Below the pieces are notes generated by a model. That model was given only the letters and a program-made list of their open reading frames with translations, had not been told where the DNA came from and did no database searches. The position numbers were made by a program, and so were the translations under genes. A stretch of DNA of 63,852 nt from Calditrichota bacterium. GTDB lineage: Bacteria > Calditrichota > Calditrichia > Calditrichales > J004. The DNA is taken from contig CAVRRG010000055.1 of assembly GCA_963723365.1 (NCBI GenBank), positions 1 through 63,852 on the forward strand, given 5' to 3'. Positions 59,492 through 63,852 of the stretch are shown here, piece after piece (positions within the stretch are counted from its first letter, which is position 1; every line of letters starts with the position of its first letter).

Positions 59492-60476
59492 AATTATTAT
59501 TGGCATTCATGGTTTGGGTAACAAGCCACCGGCCGATCTTTTGGAAAAATGGTGGATCACATCGATCGAAGAAGGATTAGAGAAGAGTGCTCATAAAAAA
59601 ATTAATTATGATTTTAAACTAGTATACTGGGCAGATATCCTGCATGCAAAACCTGAAGATCCTGCGATTTTTGACAAAGAAAATATATTTTATATAGCAG
59701 AACCATACATACCTTCAAAAAATCAACCACTGCCGCAGGTGGAAAAATCACTCGCTTCAAAAATTTTAAATTACCTTGAAGAACAGTTGGATAATATTTT
59801 CCTAAAAGAAGATATGACGCTCAACTTCAGCAGCGTTACTGATCGTATCATACACAAATATTTTGAAGACCTGGAAATTTATTACTCCAATAATTGCACT
59901 ACATGGGATGATCCCAAGTGTATGGCCCGGCCTGCTATTTGTAATCGTCTTTTGAAAGTATTACAAAAGCATAAAGATGATGAAATCATGCTGATTGCCC
60001 ATTCTATGGGATCTATAATCGCCTATGACGTTTTGATCAATCATTTGCAAGAACTAAAAGTAGATACATTTATTTCAGTGGGGTCCCCGCTTGGTTTACC
60101 AATAATAACAAGCCGCATATTTTCTGAACAGAAGGATAAATTAAAACAAAATCAGCTGGCAGCTCCCGAGAATATATTGAAGAAGTGGATAAATATCTCA
60201 GACCCGGAAGACCTTGTAGCTATGGATCATACATTGAAGGATGATTTTAAGCCTAACAAAAAGGGTATCCAGGCGCAAGATCTGACCGTATATAATGATT
60301 ACATAGTGGATAATAAACGTAATCCGCACAAAATTTATGGTTATTTACGTTGCAGCGAAATGACAGAAATAATTAAAGAATTTTCAAAGGACGAGAAAAA
60401 ACATTATTTCTGGGATACCTTTTATCGCTTAAAAAAGATGCTGCAATCCAAAATTGGTCTAAAGAAAAAATTCTAA
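59484..60476 (+). CDS. Alpha/beta-hydrolase fold protein (lipase/esterase-like)
   Basis: IHGLG, AHSMG nucleophile elbow, GSPLG, DLVA, NPH..YGYL. Confidence 0.7.
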   Translation: MAKIIIGIHGLGNKPPADLLEKWWITSIEEGLEKSAHKKINYDFKLVYWADILHAKPEDPAIFDKENIFYIAEPYIPSKNQPLPQVEKSLASKILNYLEEQLDNIFLKEDMTLNFSSVTDRIIHKYFEDLEIYYSNNCTTWDDPKCMARPAICNRLLKVLQKHKDDEIMLIAHSMGSIIAYDVLINHLQELKVDTFISVGSPLGLPIITSRIFSEQKDKLKQNQLAAPENILKKWINISDPEDLVAMDHTLKDDFKPNKKGIQAQDLTVYNDYIVDNKRNPHKIYGYLRCSEMTEIIKEFSKDEKKHYFWDTFYRLKKMLQSKIGLKKKF

Positions 60477-60477
60477 T

Positions 60478-60948
60478 CTATGCTTTCAGACCGCCTCCGC
60501 GAACAGATGCTCCCAGCACAATCGCCGCACCAATAAGTACCAGGTTTTTTACGATATACTGGCCTTCCATAGTCAGCCCAAACGGAAATGCAGTCCACAC
60601 TACGTCAGGCAAAAGTATTAATGGCAAAGCTGTGCCGGGCATTTGTAAGAACAGCAGTAATAGAGTTACTCGCATGAATTTACCTGTCATAAGACCAAGA
60701 CCTATTAAACATTCCCACAAAGCCAATACCGGGATAAAAAAATCGGGATTGATAAAATAAACCGTGTTACGCACCAATCCTTCAGCCGGACTTAATCCAG
60801 GAAAAAACTTTAGTGCTCCAAACCAGAAAAAAATAATACCCAGGCCAACGCGCAAAATAGTTAAGCCGTGCTGAGCCATCCATTGTGTAATTCTTAAATC
60901 GACTTTTTCGAAATACCTGTCGACCACTTTTTCTTCAATCGTTTTAAT
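60478..60948 (-). CDS. DoxX/YkgB-like membrane protein (possible ATT start at 60948, GTG at 60927)
   Basis: [24 protein letters not shown] and [11 protein letters not shown] motifs. Confidence 0.8.
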   Translation of the reverse strand: MKTIEEKVVDRYFEKVDLRITQWMAQHGLTILRVGLGIIFFWFGALKFFPGLSPAEGLVRNTVYFINPDFFIPVLALWECLIGLGLMTGKFMRVTLLLLFLQMPGTALPLILLPDVVWTAFPFGLTMEGQYIVKNLVLIGAAIVLGASVRGGGLKA

Positions 60949-61088
60949 AATTCACCTCCTGCAATAGTTATATACTAATTTATAAATGTCTAAAAACAGA
61001 TGCACCAAAAATTTAACTGTTATAACTATACTCATATAAGGCTCTGCCGAAAACAAGTAATGTATTATTCAAAGCGTGAGTATTTCAA

Positions 61089-62186
61089 ATGATAAAAAAA
61101 ACAATTTTTATATTTGCATTACTATTTTTTTTAATTGCTTGCTCAACAACCGTTCCGGTGAAAGTGCGCAAACCTGCCGAATTGAATATTGGTTCTGCGC
61201 GAACCATTGCTGTCATGAATTTTGATTTTTCCGGCAGTATCGATTTTTCCGCAGATAAGTCCAAAGATCGCATTTTATCAGGAGCCGCTTTAGGTCGGGT
61301 TAAGAAAGCTCTTACCAAAAAAGCTGACAAAGGATACACCTATCCCAGCAAAAGTATTAGCAATAAGCTGGCGGCCAAACTCGCTCAAAATGGATATTAT
61401 ACGGTAATTGAGAGATCAAAGCTGGAAGAAGTGATGAAAGAACAAGCTCTATCTTTGAGTGGTATGGTGAACGAAGAACAGGCCGTTGAAGTAGGAAATA
61501 TGATTGGCGCGCAGGCCTTAATAACGGGCTCCGGCATATACTCGGTGCATGATGAAGGTAGCTGGGAGAAATATACGGAAGAGAAAAAAAGCAAAGACGG
61601 TAAAAAAATCAAGGTGGAAAAGGAGCGCTACAATATTGTCCGCAATGTAACGGTTGAAATGACTTTTCGTATAGTTGATGTTGCTACCGCCAGTGTTATC
61701 ACCTCCAAAACAAATAAAGCCTCAAATAACAGGCGAGATAAAGTAAGTGCTGAAAACGAGACTGCCGCCGCTAAAAAGCTTTCTGACTGGAAGCCAATAG
61801 TCGATAACTTGTTAAACATGATCCTTAATCAGACAGTAAAGCAGATTGCACCCCATACGATAACTGTAAAACGTGTTATTGAAGAGGGTGAGTCAAACAA
61901 AATGGAACGCGCAGTAGAATTAGCCAAAAGGGACTTATGGGACGATGCTAAGAAAATTTGGGATGAGGTTATAATTAAAAAGAAATCCGAAAAAGAGGAC
62001 AAAATAGCCGCAACATACAACGTTGGCCTTTATTTTGAAGTCTTTGGATTCCTTGATGATGCTGATGATTATTACCAAAAAGCTTATAAACTTTCAAAAG
62101 ATTCAAAGTTCCTCGATGCGCGGCAACGCATCAAAATAAGAAAGCAGGAACTGATAAAACTTCAACAGCAGGAACTTAATTTATAA
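61089..62186 (+). CDS. CsgG-like lipoprotein with C-terminal TPR
   Basis: Lipobox LIAC, VIERSKLEEVMKEQ, AVEVGNMIGAQALITG, ATYNVGLYFE. Confidence 0.8.
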   Translation: MIKKTIFIFALLFFLIACSTTVPVKVRKPAELNIGSARTIAVMNFDFSGSIDFSADKSKDRILSGAALGRVKKALTKKADKGYTYPSKSISNKLAAKLAQNGYYTVIERSKLEEVMKEQALSLSGMVNEEQAVEVGNMIGAQALITGSGIYSVHDEGSWEKYTEEKKSKDGKKIKVEKERYNIVRNVTVEMTFRIVDVATASVITSKTNKASNNRRDKVSAENETAAAKKLSDWKPIVDNLLNMILNQTVKQIAPHTITVKRVIEEGESNKMERAVELAKRDLWDDAKKIWDEVIIKKKSEKEDKIAATYNVGLYFEVFGFLDDADDYYQKAYKLSKDSKFLDARQRIKIRKQELIKLQQQELNL

Positions 62187-62263
62187 TTATAACATTTTAG
62201 ACGTGAATTAGCGACGGCAAATATTTATATTTGAGTATAATACAAATCTAGCCGGAGCTGATA

Positions 62264-63852
62264 ATGAAAAGTTCATTAATTTTCTGTTTAATTTTATTTT
62301 GCGCATCCTGTATCGCACAGGATTTTAAATCCATTACCGCAGAAGAATCGTCCCAAAAGAAGTCTGATCCAAAAGTTGTCTTTGTTGATGTTCGCACGCC
62401 AGAAGAATTCAATGGACCTTTAGGCCATATTAATGGTGCTATTCTTATACCTTTAAATACTTTAGCTGAAGGCATGGGCAAACTTGAGGAATATAGGGAC
62501 AATGAAATAATTGTCTATTGCCGAAGTGGCAATCGCAGCCAAAGTGGAACACGTATATTAATTGAGAATGGATTTAACGCTGTAAATATGCTAGGCGGCA
62601 TAAAAGCATGGAATAAGTTACCCATAGTAGAATTTGATGACTTTTTTCTTGACAGAACTTTACGTGTCGATTACTTCCACAGCGGTACTCACGAAAGCGA
62701 ATTTTTTGCTATTGACCAGCTTTATGAGGCGGGACCATGGGCAGGGAGTCAAAATAATCTAATCACTACTCTAAATTTAGGTGAATACCAGGTTCGTGTT
62801 TTTGATGAAAAATCCGGAAAGCTAATCTATGCGCGCGGCTATTCATCTGTCTTCAACGAATGGCAAACAACGCCAGACGCAAAGGTTAACGCCCATACAA
62901 TTCACGAAACACAACAAATTCCCTTACCTAAAGCGCCAATAAAATTGGCTATTTATCGCAGAGATAAAGAACTAAATTTCCAGGAAGTTTGGCATACTGC
63001 AATTGATCCCACGAATAAATCAATTTTGAACAAAGCCGTAAATAAACCCGGGTATAAAGTGAGCGCATTAATGAAGAATGGAGCGCCATCAAACAAAGTG
63101 GATATTGTTATTGTTGGTGATGGTTACACCAAAGAAGAAATGGCGCAATTCAGAAAAGACGCCAAAAAATATAACGATATCCTTTTTGGCACAGAGCCAT
63201 TTAAATCGCGTAAAAATGATTTTAACGTGTGGATAGTAGAAGTACCCTCTCCTGAATCTGGAATTTCCAAACCCGATAAAGATATCTGGAAAAATAATGC
63301 GCTGGGAAGCAGATATTATTCCTTTAAATCACCACGCTATATTCTAACAGAAAACAATAAAGCCCTTCGTGATGCCGCAGGATTGGTGCCCTATGACTAT
63401 GTTAATATAATTATAAACGACAATCGCTATGGCGGGGGTGGAATTTATAATTTATATACAACCACATATATGCGCCCAGATAACGCAAATGTGGCCTGGC
63501 AAATAGGCTACGTTTATGTTCATGAATTTGGGCATTCTTTTGCTGGTTTAGGAGACGAATATTACAGCTCATCTGTCGGATATGATGATTTTTATTCAGC
63601 TGGGGTTGAACCTTGGGAAAGAAATGTTACTGCCCTTTTAGACGTTGACGATCTAAAGTGGAAATCATTTATGAAAGAAAAAATTCCTTTACCAACACCA
63701 TGGGAAAAAGAAGCTTACGATCATCAGGCTCAGCAAAGAAGTAAGCTCGATCGGCTTGCTGCGGACTACTATGAAAAAAGAGAACCGTTTATCAAAGAAC
63801 AGCACAGAATCTTAAACGAAAGTAAATATTTTGGAAAAATAGAGCAATACAT
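62264..63852 (+). CDS. Secreted rhodanese domain-peptidase M64 fusion, runs off the window end (not in ORF track)
   Basis: Signal peptide, DVRTPEEF..GHI.GA and YCRSGNRS rhodanese motifs, then RTLRVDYFHSG, GDGYT, YGGGGIYN and HEFGHSFAGLGDEY at 63521. No stop before 63852. Confidence 0.88.
   Translation, partial: MKSSLIFCLILFCASCIAQDFKSITAEESSQKKSDPKVVFVDVRTPEEFNGPLGHINGAILIPLNTLAEGMGKLEEYRDNEIIVYCRSGNRSQSGTRILIENGFNAVNMLGGIKAWNKLPIVEFDDFFLDRTLRVDYFHSGTHESEFFAIDQLYEAGPWAGSQNNLITTLNLGEYQVRVFDEKSGKLIYARGYSSVFNEWQTTPDAKVNAHTIHETQQIPLPKAPIKLAIYRRDKELNFQEVWHTAIDPTNKSILNKAVNKPGYKVSALMKNGAPSNKVDIVIVGDGYTKEEMAQFRKDAKKYNDILFGTEPFKSRKNDFNVWIVEVPSPESGISKPDKDIWKNNALGSRYYSFKSPRYILTENNKALRDAAGLVPYDYVNIIINDNRYGGGGIYNLYTTTYMRPDNANVAWQIGYVYVHEFGHSFAGLGDEYYSSSVGYDDFYSAGVEPWERNVTALLDVDDLKWKSFMKEKIPLPTPWEKEAYDHQAQQRSKLDRLAADYYEKREPFIKEQHRILNESKYFGKIEQY

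Noticed and set aside
322..62502. Numerous 60-130 aa ORFs antisense to or nested in long genes in the ORF track
   Set aside because: Shadow ORFs of well-supported genes with no independent motifs.
63838..63852. Divergent peptide at the end of the M64 ORF (GKIEQY rather than a G-A-F/Y-E-G-like motif)
   Set aside because: Only about 15 nt at the sequence end, best explained by low-quality terminal bases.

Overview
AT-rich bacterial chromosomal segment, apparently cut at both ends. Secreted proteins ending in an 'NYPNPFNP.T.I' sorting domain, AddAB and the gene mix suggest an FCB-group organism, plausibly Calditrichota-like (inference). The left half (1-30 kb) is an accessory region with short cassette-like genes, secreted and outer-membrane proteins, a PL7 lyase, a LytS/LytTR pair and a YtrA-type regulator. 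It is interspersed with two copies of a MITE (TG...CA ends, 26-bp TIRs, 4-bp target duplications), two families of REP-like palindromes and nested mini-insertions. Its most striking feature is that accessory blocks are bounded by repeated, diverged 5' stubs of resident genes: three stubs of the 6060-7004 gene and two pieces of an MTH1187-family gene. This looks like a recurrent gene-accretion hotspot with no integrase in the window. The right half (30-64 kb) is mostly core-like: a peptidoglycan hydrolysis/recycling cluster (GHL10-amidase fusion, dapF, serine hydrolase, D-aminoacylase, GNAT, SpoIID), uup, copA, lpxB, a degenerate MEMO protein, djlA-like, a sensor kinase, cvfB, addB/addA, a frameshifted SDR, GDPD and a rhodanese-M64 peptidase fusion. 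I recognised no rRNA, tRNA, CRISPR array, transposase or integrase.
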